NCBI GenBank assembly: GCA_030390025.1
Contig: CM059449.1
Span: 15,748,001 to 15,812,000, forward strand
Length of the DNA: 64,000 nt
Origin: Squalus acanthias
Lineage: Eukaryota
Direction of reading: 5' to 3'
How positions within the stretch are numbered: the first letter of the stretch is position 1; every line of letters starts with the position of its first letter. Below the pieces are notes generated by a model. The model was given only the letters and a program-made list of their open reading frames with translations. It did not search any database and had not been told where the DNA came from. A program made the position numbers and the translations under genes. Shown here piece after piece: positions 35,086-47,700 of this stretch.

Positions 35086-38000
35086 CGGGATTCGGCCCCA
35101 CTGGCCTGGTCTGAAGTGGGGTTCAGACGAGATGGCCATGGTCGTCCAGTTGTCTCAGCTTTTCTGCCTGGGGGCCGACAGCAGACTATGCTAGTAGACA
35201 CTGGGTCATCTGTTACAATCCTGCATTCCCCAGACCCGGAACGCCAACTGGATATAGGCAAAAGTAGCTTTGTCATAACGGGAGTCTCCGGGGCACAAGC
35301 ACCCGTATATCCAGGGGAAGAACTTAATGTTTCCCTCGAGGAATTCCCCGTAAAAATTACCGATCCATTGTACATGTGTATGACAAACAGAATGGGGATA
35401 CTTGGGAATGATACCCTAAGGGGAATGACAGCTATTATAGATTACAATCAGAATTGTTTATGGGTTGAGTCTAAACCGGGAGATGTAGTTCAATTCTCAG
35501 ATGCCCACTCGGTGTTTGCTATAAAGAAGCCTGAGCAGATAGCACTGCTGGCACATTCTCTGCCTGCTGTTAACTCCTTAGTGACCAAACATGCAGCAGC
35601 CTTTGCTAAATTTATACACAACTGTGGGAGGATGGAAAGGGAGACGCGAATTAATGGGCCACCCCATCGCGCATGTAAACAATATCCGATTCCCCGAGAA
35701 AGTATTCTGTATTCGCGAACAGTCATTGCCTCATTGGAAGAACAGGGAGTACTGCGCAGGTGTTCTTTTACTACCAATTCCCCTGCATGGCCAGTTAGGA
35801 AACCGGATGAATCTTGGAGGCTTACTATTGATTACCATGCCTTAAATAAAGCTTCCCCACGTCAAAGCCCGACTGTTATTCAAGCCCCTTCGCTACTGAC
35901 ATCCATACCCCCCAAGGCCACTGTTTTCTCCAGCTTAGACATAGCGAATGGTTTTTGGAGTATTCCAGTAGCTCAGGAGGACCAGTACAAATTTGCTTTC
36001 ACTTTTGAAGGGCAGGTCTACACATTTACGTGTCTACCGCAAGGGTTTCATAACTCGCCATCGATCTTTCATCAGTACATGACACGAGCAGTTAAAGACT
36101 TTTCTAAACCTTCAGCCCTTCTGCCGGATGTTGATGATCTACTTTTGGCTACTGAAACAATGGAAGAACACCTAGAACTCCTAGATGAGCTGATAGGACT
36201 AGTACAAAAGGCAGGGCTGAAAATAAATCCAAAAAAGGTTCAGCTGGCAAAAGATGAGGTTACCTTTCTGGGAGTAAAAATTTCAGCGACTGGCCTTCGT
36301 CCGGACCACAAGAAGATAGAGACTTTTCAGCGACTCCCATTACCAATTTCAAAGACTGCATTGCGATCCTTTTTAGGTTTGGTCAGATACCAGCGAAATT
36401 TTATTCCGAACTTTGCAGACTTGGCTAAACCTTTGTATGATCTTTTAAAGGGAGATACGGAAGAGATACAACCCGTATGGGAAGACCACCATACTGCTGC
36501 GGTTAGTGCTTTGAAACAAGCCACGATACGGATCACGGTTAGTTCTTTCATCTTGAAGTAGGCTCCATCCCTCCCAGCCTAACTGCCGTTTTGAGTCAGA
36601 AATAGGCAATCAGCGAGACACTACGCCCTATCGCATATGCCTCACGTATACTACGAGGGGTGGAAAGTACATTCTCAGCGTGTGAACGTCATCTGTTGGC
36701 CACATTTTGGGCAGTCAATCATTTCACCTACATTACCGGACTGCAGAAGGTCATTTTGCATTCACCACGCACGCCCCTTAATCTGCTGTTAAAACCAAGT
36801 GAGACCAAGGTATCCTCTCAGCGAATAAGTAAATGGACACTCGAATTGTTACAGCGTGACCTAGACATTATGCCTAAACGAACCACGCTGTTACCCCTTA
36901 TAGAAACATAGAAACATAGAAACATAGAAAATAGGTACAGGAGTAGACCATTCGGTCCTTCGAGCCTGCACCGCCATTCAATGCGTTCATGGCTGAACAT
37001 GCTACCTCAGTACCCCATTCCTGCTTTTTCGCCATACCCCTTGATCCCCTTAGTTGTGAGTGTTATATCTAACTCTGAGTGTTATATCTAACTTATGCTC
37101 GCCTATGAGGGAAGCCCACACCAGTGTCCATTACCAGTGCTAGATATGGAACCAAATCCAGTAAAGGCTCACACCATACCCGGAGCTCGAAATATGTACG
37201 TTGACGGGTCATCATACCATGTAGTTGGCCATCCTAGAACTGGATGTGCCCTTATTGATATCGACGCTCATGGTTGGTCGGAGGGATTTCAAGTTCCCGT
37301 CCACTCCTCACTACAGGCAGAACTGATTGCTGTAATTCTAGCCGTACATTACACGACTATGGATGAAATAAATATCTGGTCCGACAGCAGTTACGTTTGT
37401 AACACAGTTATGGCTCTTCCCCTCTATAATACAAATGAGTTTTGCTCATCAGATGGTAAATCTTTATTACATTCTGGTCTCCTCCGTAAGCTATGGAAAG
37501 TGCTCCAGGAACGAGTCGCCTCTTGTCACGTGGGTAAGGTAGCAGCCCATCAGAAAGATTCATCCCCCCATTCCCGAGGTAACCAAATGGCCGATCGCTT
37601 TGCTAAGGAGGCGGCCGAGAACGGAAAGTTACTACCTTGGTGGGTGATGAATGATACTCAGATACCCGTAGTGGGGACGGTGACTAAGATAAAAACCATA
37701 GATCTTCTGGCCCGACAGGATTCATATGCTCCTTATGCACAGGTAATAGCCTGGCATCAACAGGGATGCCCGCTACCAGCACCTAGCCTATGGGCAGACT
37801 CCACTGTAATGCAACAAGGTGTAGATAAAAACCCTTCCCTACTAAATGATCAGGAATAAAGAGGGAGACCTAGTAGTTTGTATTCCTCCTCAGTTAAAGG
37901 AAGACATTCTGGCTCTCTTTCATTCTCACCCGACGGCGGGACATTACTCAGCGGCCTCTACACTACAAAAGTTATTACCTGTTTGCTGCTGGCCTGGAAT

Positions 38001-38961
38001 GGAAGAGTATGTGGAACAATATGTTAATCGTTGCCTGCCATGCCTACAGAGAAACCCCCCTTCATGTTCAAATCGCGCTTTACTTAGGTCACAGCCCCCT
38101 CCTGAGGGACCATGGACACACTTACAGATTGACTTTATTGGTCCGCTAACAAAATCCAAGGAAAACTATGAGTACGCACTTGTGGTAATCGATCAGTTCA
38201 CTAAATGGATAAAGGCTTTTCCCACGAGAAATAACACAGCATGCACCGCAGCTCGAATTCTCCTGAGTGAGGTGTTCTGTAGGTGGGGATTGCCATTACA
38301 AGTGGATAGCGATCAGGGTCCACACTTTAAGGGGGCGGTTTTCACAACTCTGCAAGAAATGTTACAGATAAAACTTAAATTGCACATTGCGCACCATCCA
38401 CAATCATCAGGGATTGTGGAGAGGGGAAATCGAACTTTAAAGACAATGTTGCAGAACTTGTGTACAGAACACCCCACTCAGTGGACTGACATGTTGCCTT
38501 TATGTCTAATGGCAATACGCTCTACCCCACACGGAACTACGAGGGTAAGTCCATATGAGGCTATGACTGGGAGACAAATGCAGATACCAGGACATGTAAC
38601 ATTAGGAAATAACACACCATTAAAACTACAACCATGTAGCCAAAAATGGTTACAAACCTTGATAGATCATATGGATAAGGTAAACAAGCTGGTGGCCATT
38701 AACATAGGCAAATCGCGTGAACAAATCAAGCGATATTATGATAAAAGGGTAAAACCATTTGAGTATGATGTTGGAGACAGAGTAATGTTACAAAATTTCT
38801 CTTCAAAAAAACACTCATTCGAGATAAAATGGACAGGCCCTCATACCATAGTAGATAAATTAAATCCAGCTGTGTATCTACTGAATGTCCCATATGGTCC
38901 GAAGGGAGAACCCAAACTGAAATGGTTCCATGTCAATCAGATGAAAACTGTTAAGAATTAG
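35086..38961 (+). pseudogene. pol: pol: protease-RT-degenerate RNase H tether-RNase H-integrase, disrupted
   Basis: Protease LVDTGS. RT NSPAWPVRKPD..WRLTIDY, LDIANGFWSIP, LPQGFHNSP, DVDD (YxDD mutated). Tether PIAYASR. RNase H YVDGS/AELIA/WSDSSY/GNQMAD. Integrase H..H..C..C, IDFIG, DSDQG, VERGN, WTGPH, FHVNQMK. Confidence 0.93.
36902..37096 (-). mobile_element. CR1 3' fragment inserted in pol (TSD CTTAT)
   Basis: (atagaaac)n tail. Removing 195 nt restores in-frame TTLLPLMLAYEG. Confidence 0.9.
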
Positions 38962-38994
38962 GATGTTACATTTTGGTTTACCCACAGGTTAAAG

Positions 38995-40648
38995 ATGTGG
39001 GTCTGTATGCTGATACGGATAATTGGATGTGCAGTGAGCTCTCCGGAGGTAACAAAAACTTTTGACATTACCATTAACATCTGTACACTGGACGAAGGAG
39101 GCGAATGCGCCCTACTCCCCATCTATGGAACGGAACCTCGAATTGTTGGCGGACATAAGCAATCAAAGAACTATAACGGATCATCCGAGACGTATGAGGG
39201 GGATGTTCCAGTTTGGATGAGAAATAGTACAAAAGATAATATAACAACACCATACGCAACGGGTTGTGGTATTTTACAAGAAATGGTGTATAATTGGGAA
39301 GTAAAAGAAGGATATGGTGTGTGTATCAGGTGCGGAATAAAGAACAGGAAAGGCCCAAATGTGTGGAAATTCCTGAAGAAAAATAATGGAATCTGGGAAC
39401 AGGTACAAGAATGAAATCAGGGACCAGTAGCTTCGGAAATAAGGGAAATATACAATTATGCTGGCCTCGGTGGTGGAATAAACATACCAGCCAGTATTCT
39501 TGTATTGCGTCGAATATTATCATGGGCTTTAAAAATCAGGATGATGATTGGCCTCCTATTCCCGAATATGATGGAAAGATTACCTCAGCAGGATATGAGA
39601 TTCCCAGAGACGATATAGAGATCACCGCGGCAGAACATAAACCCTTTATGATGACTTTTAAACATTGGGAAGATTATAGGGATTTTGAGAATAAATATAA
39701 CAGAATAATAGAATTCGAAAATGCAACAACTGGATGTGTAAGGGACGATGGGTGTGCCTATAGTTTTAAGCTTACACCCTATGAGAAAGCAAGCCATTCA
39801 GAACCACGAGAGGGTGTACCCGAGGAACAATGTCCCCAACTAACACCGGGACATGTGAACGGTCTTGTAATTATACCCACCTATAAAGCAGTGCATCATC
39901 AAGTAATACCAGAAGTGGCCCCTGTTATCCTAAATTTAACAGAAGTAATACTTCCAAAGTGGTGCCCTGACTAAACAGCACAACTAACTCAGAGAATGCT
40001 GCAGCAGGTTTTTAATCAGTACTGGGAAAAGGCGACCTTATCTATAAGCATAGAGAAAACAGAAGATACCTTCCGTCACGAGTTTAGTAAAACTGAAGAG
40101 AGCAGCCAGGGAAAGAGTAGACAGAAAAGAGGATTGATAAACGATGGACTCACAGGTTTCAACACAGTAACATCGATAATTAACTCAATGGACTCCGCAG
40201 ATTACAAAAACAATTACAAACGGTAAGGGAAAAGTTGAAGGAGATACTTACGGAAAACAGCATAGTAAGCGGGGAGCTAAGGAAGGATCAGGTAATGACC
40301 ATCCACCTGCAGGACATCATACATGAAATAGAGGATCATGCCAAAAGAATTAATGATCTGATTAGAGAAAACAGAAATGCCTCTGATCAAGCAGCCAACA
40401 ATGACGTAAGCATTACGTACGGGAATTGGCTGATTGAACAAACTAGGGAAAACCTTCAGACCATCAATCAGGGACGTCTCCACACATGGGTCACTAATAA
40501 ACACTTATCAGGGCTATCCAGTTATTACGATGATGCAGAACTACGTAAGATCAGGAGTTTGATTAGGATCCACCCTGATAAACATGAATGCCACGAGGTA
40601 GGGAGTCAAAGGTTGATGGGACTAATACTACAGCCCATGTTTTCCTGA
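38995..40648 (+). pseudogene. env: env-like class I fusion glycoprotein, disrupted and 3'-truncated (no TM anchor)
   Basis: Acceptor ttttggtttacccacag at ~38987 just before the ATG. Signal-like MWVCMLIRIIGCAVS, RQKR furin site at 40119-40130, hydrophobic GLINDGLTGFNTVTSII, then heptad-rich helices. Frameshifts at ~39410 and ~40195, stop at 39972. Confidence 0.8.
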
Positions 40649-41794
40649 ACTGTGCTGGCCGGGTGCTGGCTGCGTTCAGGCTGCCCAATTTGCAAAAGCG
40701 CCTCAATGAGGTCTTAGGCCCACTATTTGCATAGCGCAATGCGTCTAACATCTGTTTCAGTTATGAACCCTGGACACCTCTTTTACAGCCTTTACCAATA
40801 TGGCGCTCGGCACACTTCTGGCGTGTAATGAGTGCCCGCTCAACACCCATACTAAAGGCGCGGCTCCACCGTAATTTTTAGCCCACATGTTTCCCAGATG
40901 TATCCACCATTCGTCATAAGTATATACAATTGGTGAAAGTGTGTTCCAGAATACAACGAAGTCGATTTTAGTCTTCATCGCCCAGGTTTTTAGTGTTACT
41001 TGGGCAGAGCACAGAAAGGAAAATGTGGTGCAGAGGATCGTACGCTGATAACAGAACCTGCTTGATTTTCCTTCCATTCATTTCAATAGAGATTAAGTTT
41101 GGGTTATGTTACTGGTGTGTGATCCGCCCTACCAGATTTTCCTTTCTGCTCCCCGAGTCCCTGCCCAGGTGATGCCGAATGCTGGATAGTACAGACGAAA
41201 ATCACCCCAATGTTAGATATGACGACAAAAATGGAAAATGTTGCATAACAGCATTGCTTACACAATCTTTGCAGCAGAACAATTTATTTCATTACAATCA
41301 TTAACACAATTCAGTTTATGGATCTATATCTTACTCAGAGTTTCACCAGAGGGTCTGTAGTCGGCAGTGAGTTTGGTCTGGAGCAAAGTGCACTGGTATC
41401 TCGATCCTCGCCCATCTCCGGCTCCTCCCTCCCTCTCTCTCCCTCCTCCCACTACCAACACTCCATGGACCTTCACCCTCCCGGCCAAAGTTCAATTATT
41501 CCCCTCTGTCCTCTAACCAAGTTTGTCCTTTACACTGCTTGAGGTTTTGTTTCCCCGTGTAAAAGTTGCCGGGACATAGACTAGCGTTTTAAGAAGGCGG
41601 CTCACCACCACATTCTCGAGGGCAATTAGGGATGGGCAATAAATGCTGGAATTGCCAGCGACGCCCAGATCCCATAAAAACGAATACAAAAAAGGATAAT
41701 AATAATTCCCTGAGTATTGCCGTGAACTTCATCGGGAAATCGCTGAACTGAGGCTGTTCGGCAGCGCAGTAACATCCAAACTGAAAGCGGTGGG

Positions 41795-44700
41795 AAAAGA
41801 AGGAGACTGACTCCTGCCCGGGATGTAGAGAGGAGTTTCCGGAAAGAAACCGCAGAGCCAGTTGGGCCTTAGCGAATCTGGCTAGAAAGCAAGAAAATTA
41901 ACCCTGAATCTGAAAGAGAAGGAAAGTAAACTTCACTGTGAGGAACATCAGGAAGAACTGAAGCTGTTTTGTGAAACTAACAAGAAATTGATCTGTTACA
42001 CTTGTAGAGATGCGCGGGAACACAGAGAGCAGCGCTTCATGCCCATTAAAGAAGCTGTTGGAATCTACAAGGTAAAAGGGAACAGATTTGCTCACCTGAT
42101 TATTTTATCACATTATCACGTTTATTCTGTGATTTTCTCTCCCAATCCCAGGGTCAGGTGAAAATCTTCCTTAGATTCTCTCACAGTGAAGAAATCAGCG
42201 GCTCTAGAAACTGAGCGGGGGCAGAAACAGAAGATTTCCGAAGTTAGGGTAAAGTCTCCCTGTGCTGATTTTCTGGGATGTCAGTTAGTTTTGTCCTTTG
42301 TCGCGGTACTCATTATTTTCACATTTCATTTGGTAGGAACAGTCGAGCAGTCTGCAGACCCGCATCACATCTGGGTTTACTAAAATGCACCAGATTCTCA
42401 GTGAGAAAGAGCAGCGTTTAATCCGAGATCTCAGGGAACAAGAGGAGAGGATTCTAGAAACAACGGAGAAAAATCTTCGGGAAATTCAAGAGAATTTAAA
42501 TTCTATTCAGGAAAAGCTCTCAAAGTTGCAAAAACAGATGGAGCAAACAGACGGACTGATATTTCTGAAGGTGAGGATTATATTTCAGTTTAGTTCCATT
42601 TACTTGGGTGTAATTTCTGCTATCCGGATATAGACGCTCAGTCTCTGTCAACTCAGATTGGTGTTTTATTTATTTCAGGAGGAAGCTTGTCAGAAGATGA
42701 GGTAGGACATGCTCTTTACTGTAACTCTGCACCGTTTGGTAAAATAACTCAGAAAAGTGTTTATGGTCAATTTATAACCAATTGTTTGGTATTTGCAGGA
42801 TTAGCGATGACGGTAATGAACTGACATTAGCAGATGCTGCACTGTCTATCGAAAAATTCAAAGGCCCTTTAAAGTACGCAGATGCCATTAACTCCGGTAA
42901 AACTCATATAGGTTCCTTAGTCCTGATTTATATCTAATTTATTTGTAGAACTAATCAGATTATATCAAAGACAGTATGTTTTAATACTAAGTAGCTGCAA
43001 AGCAATGCGGTTAACAACGGCCCTGAATAGAATTCATGTGTTATTCACGCACAAATCCACCTTCTACAAAGCCTCGCCTTCAATTAGTCAGCTGAAAATT
43101 CCAACTCTCCCAACATGACCAATACAGAGACCCTCGGATGAACCACAGCCTCCAGAATACTTTTGCAGAATTCAGCAAGAGGTAATCCACCCCACCCCGC
43201 ACCCCTTCCCAGCGGAACCTACCCTCCTCTACAGTGCGGCAGCCACCTTGTGTACCAAACTCATGTGCAGGGCTAGGGTTAGGGCAGGAAGCCTAAGCAA
43301 GCCTGGGAGGAGGAGAGGCGAGGGGTCTGGTGTCAGCTGGTGCTCACTGTGGACCTGGAGGTCAAGCACTGGATTGCAATCCACTTCCTGAGAGCTGGGA
43401 GGAGTCGGCGGCAGAGAATAAAGAGAGCGGGAGCCGGGGAATGCGCCGAGCTGCCTGGAGTCGGCAGCAGATACAAATCCGGCGAGTTCCAAAAGAACAG
43501 GCGGCAATTTATATTCGGCAAAAAAAATTCAAAGAGTGACGTCACAGGACAGCAGGTAAGTGATTGGTTGATGAGTATTACCTTTGTCTTTTTCTCTCTC
43601 CGTTCGATCAGCGTGTTAGTTCTTAGTCTATTAAATAGAGGCATGGCAGGGCAGCTCAGTCCCGTCGAGTGCACATCCTATGCCATGTGGAAAGTCCTGG
43701 ACGTTTCACGTAGACTGGACGACCACATTTGCAGGAAGTGTCACCAGCAATAGCAACTAGAGATCCGGGTTGCGGAACTTTAGTGGCAGCTGGAGTAACT
43801 GCGGTGCATCTGCGAGGCTGAGAGTTACGTGGATAAAACGTTTCAGGAGGTGGTCACTCCGCAGCTTAAGAGTATGCAGGCAGAGAGGGAATGAGTGTGC
43901 GCCAGATAGAAGGGGAGGACCAGGCAAGTAGTGCAGGAGTCCCCGGAGTGCATCTCGTTCTCCAACCAGTATTCTGTTCTGAGTACTGGTGAGGGCTATG
44001 GTTCCTCTGGGGAGTGCAGCCAGAGACAAATCCATGGCACCACGGGTGGCTCAGCTGCACAGGTGGGGAGGAAAAAGAGTGGAAGAGCAATAGCGGTAGG
44101 GGATTCGATAGTTAGGGGAGCAGACAGGCGTTTCTGTGGACGCAGGCGTGACTCCAGGATGGTATGTTGCCTCCCTGGTGCCAGGGTCAAGGATGTTTCT
44201 GACTGGCTGCAGAACACTCTGAGGGGGGATGGTGAACAGCCAGAGGTCGGTGTCCATATCGGTAGCAACGACATAGGCAGAAAGAGGGATGAGGTCCTGC
44301 AGGCAGAGTTTAGGGAGCTAGGAGAGAGATTAGAAAGCAGGACTTCAAAGGTAGTAATCTCCGGATTACTCCCGGTGCCACGTGCTAGTGAGTACAGGAA
44401 TAGGGGGATAGAACAGATGAATGCGTGGCTGAAGAGATGGTGCAGGAGGCGGGGCTTTAGATTCCTGAGGCATTGGGACTGTTTCGGGGGCAGGTGGGAC
44501 CTGTACAAGCCGGACGGATTACACCTCAACAGAGCTGGGACCAATATTCTCACAGAGAGCTTTGGTAGTGCTGTTGGAGAGGGTTTAAACTAGCTTGGCA
44601 GGGGATGGGCACCAGCATATAGGAGTAGAAAATAGGAATAAGGTGCATAAGAGTGAGTGTGTTGGATAGCACTAAAGAAGAAAGTAGTACTAGAGGCGGA

Positions 44701-47700
44701 AGTAATACCATATTAGATGAGAGCAGACTAAGAAAGACAATGAAAAATTCAAAAATGGGTTTAGAATACATGTACATAAACGCACAAAGTGTGGTGAATA
44801 AAGTTGGTGATCTACAACCACAATTAGTCGTGTGACAATATGATATTCTGGCAATAATGGAAACGTAGCTTAAAAATGGTGAGGACCGGGCACTTAATAT
44901 TCAAGGGTACAAGGTGTTCAGAAAAGATAGGGAAGATAAAAAGGGAGGTGGGGTGGCAGTGTTGATTAAGGAAGACAATGTAGTGTTGGAAAGGGAGGAT
45001 GTTCTTGAGGGGACAAGGACAGAATCCATTTGGTTAGAGTTGAGGAGCAAAAAGGGTATGATCACACTATTGGGGGAATTCTATAGGCCTCCAAATAGTG
45101 AGAGGCAGATAGAGGAGCAAATCTGCAGGGAAATCGCAGAGATATGCAAGAGCTATAGAGTGGTGATATTGGGGGACTTTAATTACCCAAATATCGATTG
45201 GGATAATGCTAGCGTAAAGGGGGAGGAGGGGGAGGAATTTCTGAAATGTGTTCAGGAGAATTTTCTTGACCAGAATGCTCTTGGCCCAACTAGGAAGGAG
45301 GCTTTGCTGGATCTGGTGCTGGGGAATGACCAAGTGTCTGTGGGAGAACACTTGGGTACAAGTGATCATCATATCATAAGATTTAGATTAGCAATGGAGA
45401 GGAGCAAGGAACAATCTAGAGTGGAACTTCTAAACTGGAATAGAGCTAACTTCAATGGGATGCGAAAGGATCTAGCCAGGGTAAAATGGAACCAAAGACT
45501 GACAGGAAAAACTGTAACGGAACAATGGGTGATCTTTAAGGAGGAGATGTTCCAAGTTCAAGCTAAGTACATTCCAACAAGAGGGAAGGGTAAGGGAAGC
45601 AAAGCAAGGGCTCCCTGGATGACGAGGGAGATAGAGAAGATGTTGAAACAAAAAAAAGGGGGTGTCAGCATGTCAGGTGTATTCTTCAAGGGAGAAGCAG
45701 ACCAAATACAATAAGTTGAGAGGGGAAGTGAAGATAAAAATAAGATTGACAAAGAGAGAATATGATAGTAGAATGGTGGTTAACATAAAAGGGAACCCAA
45801 AAATCTTCTGCCGGCATGTAAATAGTAAATGGGTAATAAGAGGCGGGGTGGGGCCTATTAGGGACAAAAAGTTGGTATATGCTTAGAGGCGCAGGGCAAG
45901 GCTGGAATACCCAATGAGTGCTTCGTATCGGTGTTTACTAAGGAATGGCTGCTGACCAAATATCGGTAGAAGTAGAAAATGTAGAAGCAATGGAAGGGGT
46001 GAAAATTGATAGACAGGATGTACTAGAAAGGCTGGGATGCTTAGAGTGGATAAGTCGCCTGGTCCAGGTGGCTTGCATCCCAGGTTGGTAAGGGAATTGG
46101 GGGAGGAGATAGCGGAAGGGCTTGCCGTCATTTTCCAATTTTCCCTAGATGCGGGGGAGGTGCCTCAGGATTGGAAAATGTCAAATGTGACACCATTGTT
46201 CAAGAAAGGGTGTAAGGACAATCCAGTATCTACAGGCCGGTCAGTTTAACATCAGTGGTGGGTAAAGTTTTACAAACAATAATCAAGGAAAAAATTAACG
46301 AGCACTCGGAGAGATTTAATCTAATTAAGGAGAGCCAACACGGATTTGTAAAAGGCAGATCATGTTTGACTAATCTAATTGAATGTTTTGATGAAGTAAC
46401 AGGGAGGATTTATGAAGGAAATGCAATGGATGTTGTCTACATGGATTTTAGGAATGCATTTGACAAAGTCCTACATAGAAGGCTGGTTAACAAAATTGAG
46501 GCTCATGGAATAGGTGGGTCAGTGGCAGCTTGGATAAGGAATTGGCTTAAGGACAGAAAACAGCGATTTGTGGTAAATGGCTCTTTTACAGACTGGAGGA
46601 TGGTAAACAGTGGTGTTCCCCAAGGGTCATTGCTGGGGCCACTGCTTTTTTTGATATATATAAATGAACTGGATATTAGATTACAGAGTAGATTTTCTCA
46701 ATTTGCCGATGACACCAAATTGGGGGTGTGGCAAACAGTGAGGATGATACCAATCGACTGCAACAGGACATCAAAAGTCTAGCAGAATGGGCAGACAAGT
46801 GGCAGATGGAATTTAATGCAGAGAAGTGTGAGGTGATGTATTTTGGCAGAAGGAACAGGGAGAGGCAATATACACTTAATGGCACAGTTTTATAGAGTGT
46901 ACAGGGACAGAGGGACCTGGGAGTTAATCTGTATAGGTCCCTGAAGGTGGCAGGATATATTGAGCGAGTGGTTAGCAAAGCATATGGGATCTTGGGCTTC
47001 ATAAATAGAGGTATTGAGTACAAAGGCAGAGCAGTTATGCTGAACATTTATAAAGCGCTGGTTCGGCCACAACTGGAGTATTGCGTCCAGTTCTGGTCAC
47101 CACACTTTAGGAAGGATGTGAAGACCCTTGAGAGGGTGCAGAGGAGATTTACCAGAATGATTCCGGATGGGGGATCTTAGCTACAAGGACAGGTTGGAGA
47201 AGGTGGATTTGTTTTCAATGGAGCAAAGGAGGTTGAGGGGTGGTTTGATAGAGGTGTACAAGATTATTTGGATAGGCTAGACAGGGGAAAGCTGCTCCCA
47301 CTAGTTGATGGTACAAGGACTAGGGGACATATATTTAAGATTTTGGGCAAGAGATACAGGGGTAAATGTGAGGGAAAACTTTTTTACGCAGCGAGTGGTG
47401 AGGACCTGGAACTCGCTGCCGACGGAAGTGGTGGAAGCGGAGACACTCAATGTTTTCAAGGGCACTTGAGGGAAATAAACTTGCACGGCTATGGGGATAC
47501 AGCGGGGGAATGGGACTGACTGGATTGCTCTACAGAGAGCTGGCACGGACTCGATGGGCCGAATGGCCTCCTTCTGTGTCGTTATGACTCTATAAGTGTC
47601 ACCAAGGCTTATTCTCTCAATTGTCTTGAGGAACCATTGCACTCACCCTAGACAAATGACTTTAGTGCATCCAGAGAGAGTATCAGGGTAGAGGTGTGAC

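Larger units (their letters stand above)
31832..40648 (+). mobile_element. Defective endogenous retrovirus-like element (lokiretrovirus-like): 5'LTR-PBS-gag-pol-env, 3'-truncated
   Basis: LTR, Lys PBS, CCHC knuckle, DTG protease, RT, two RNase H regions, HHCC/DD35E integrase, and env with signal peptide and RQKR site. Multiple stops and frameshifts plus two CR1 insertions. Confidence 0.9.

Noticed and set aside
32641-38961. Assignment of the provirus to spumaviruses (Lys1,2 PBS) or to plain Gypsy (GPY/F integrase)
   Set aside because: The CCHC knuckle and in-frame gag-pol argue against spumaviruses. The second RNase H and the env argue against an ordinary Gypsy element.
40650-41700. Candidate 3' LTR or env transmembrane region
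   Set aside because: No similarity to 31832-32637 and no TM-coding continuation. The region holds unrelated repeat fragments.
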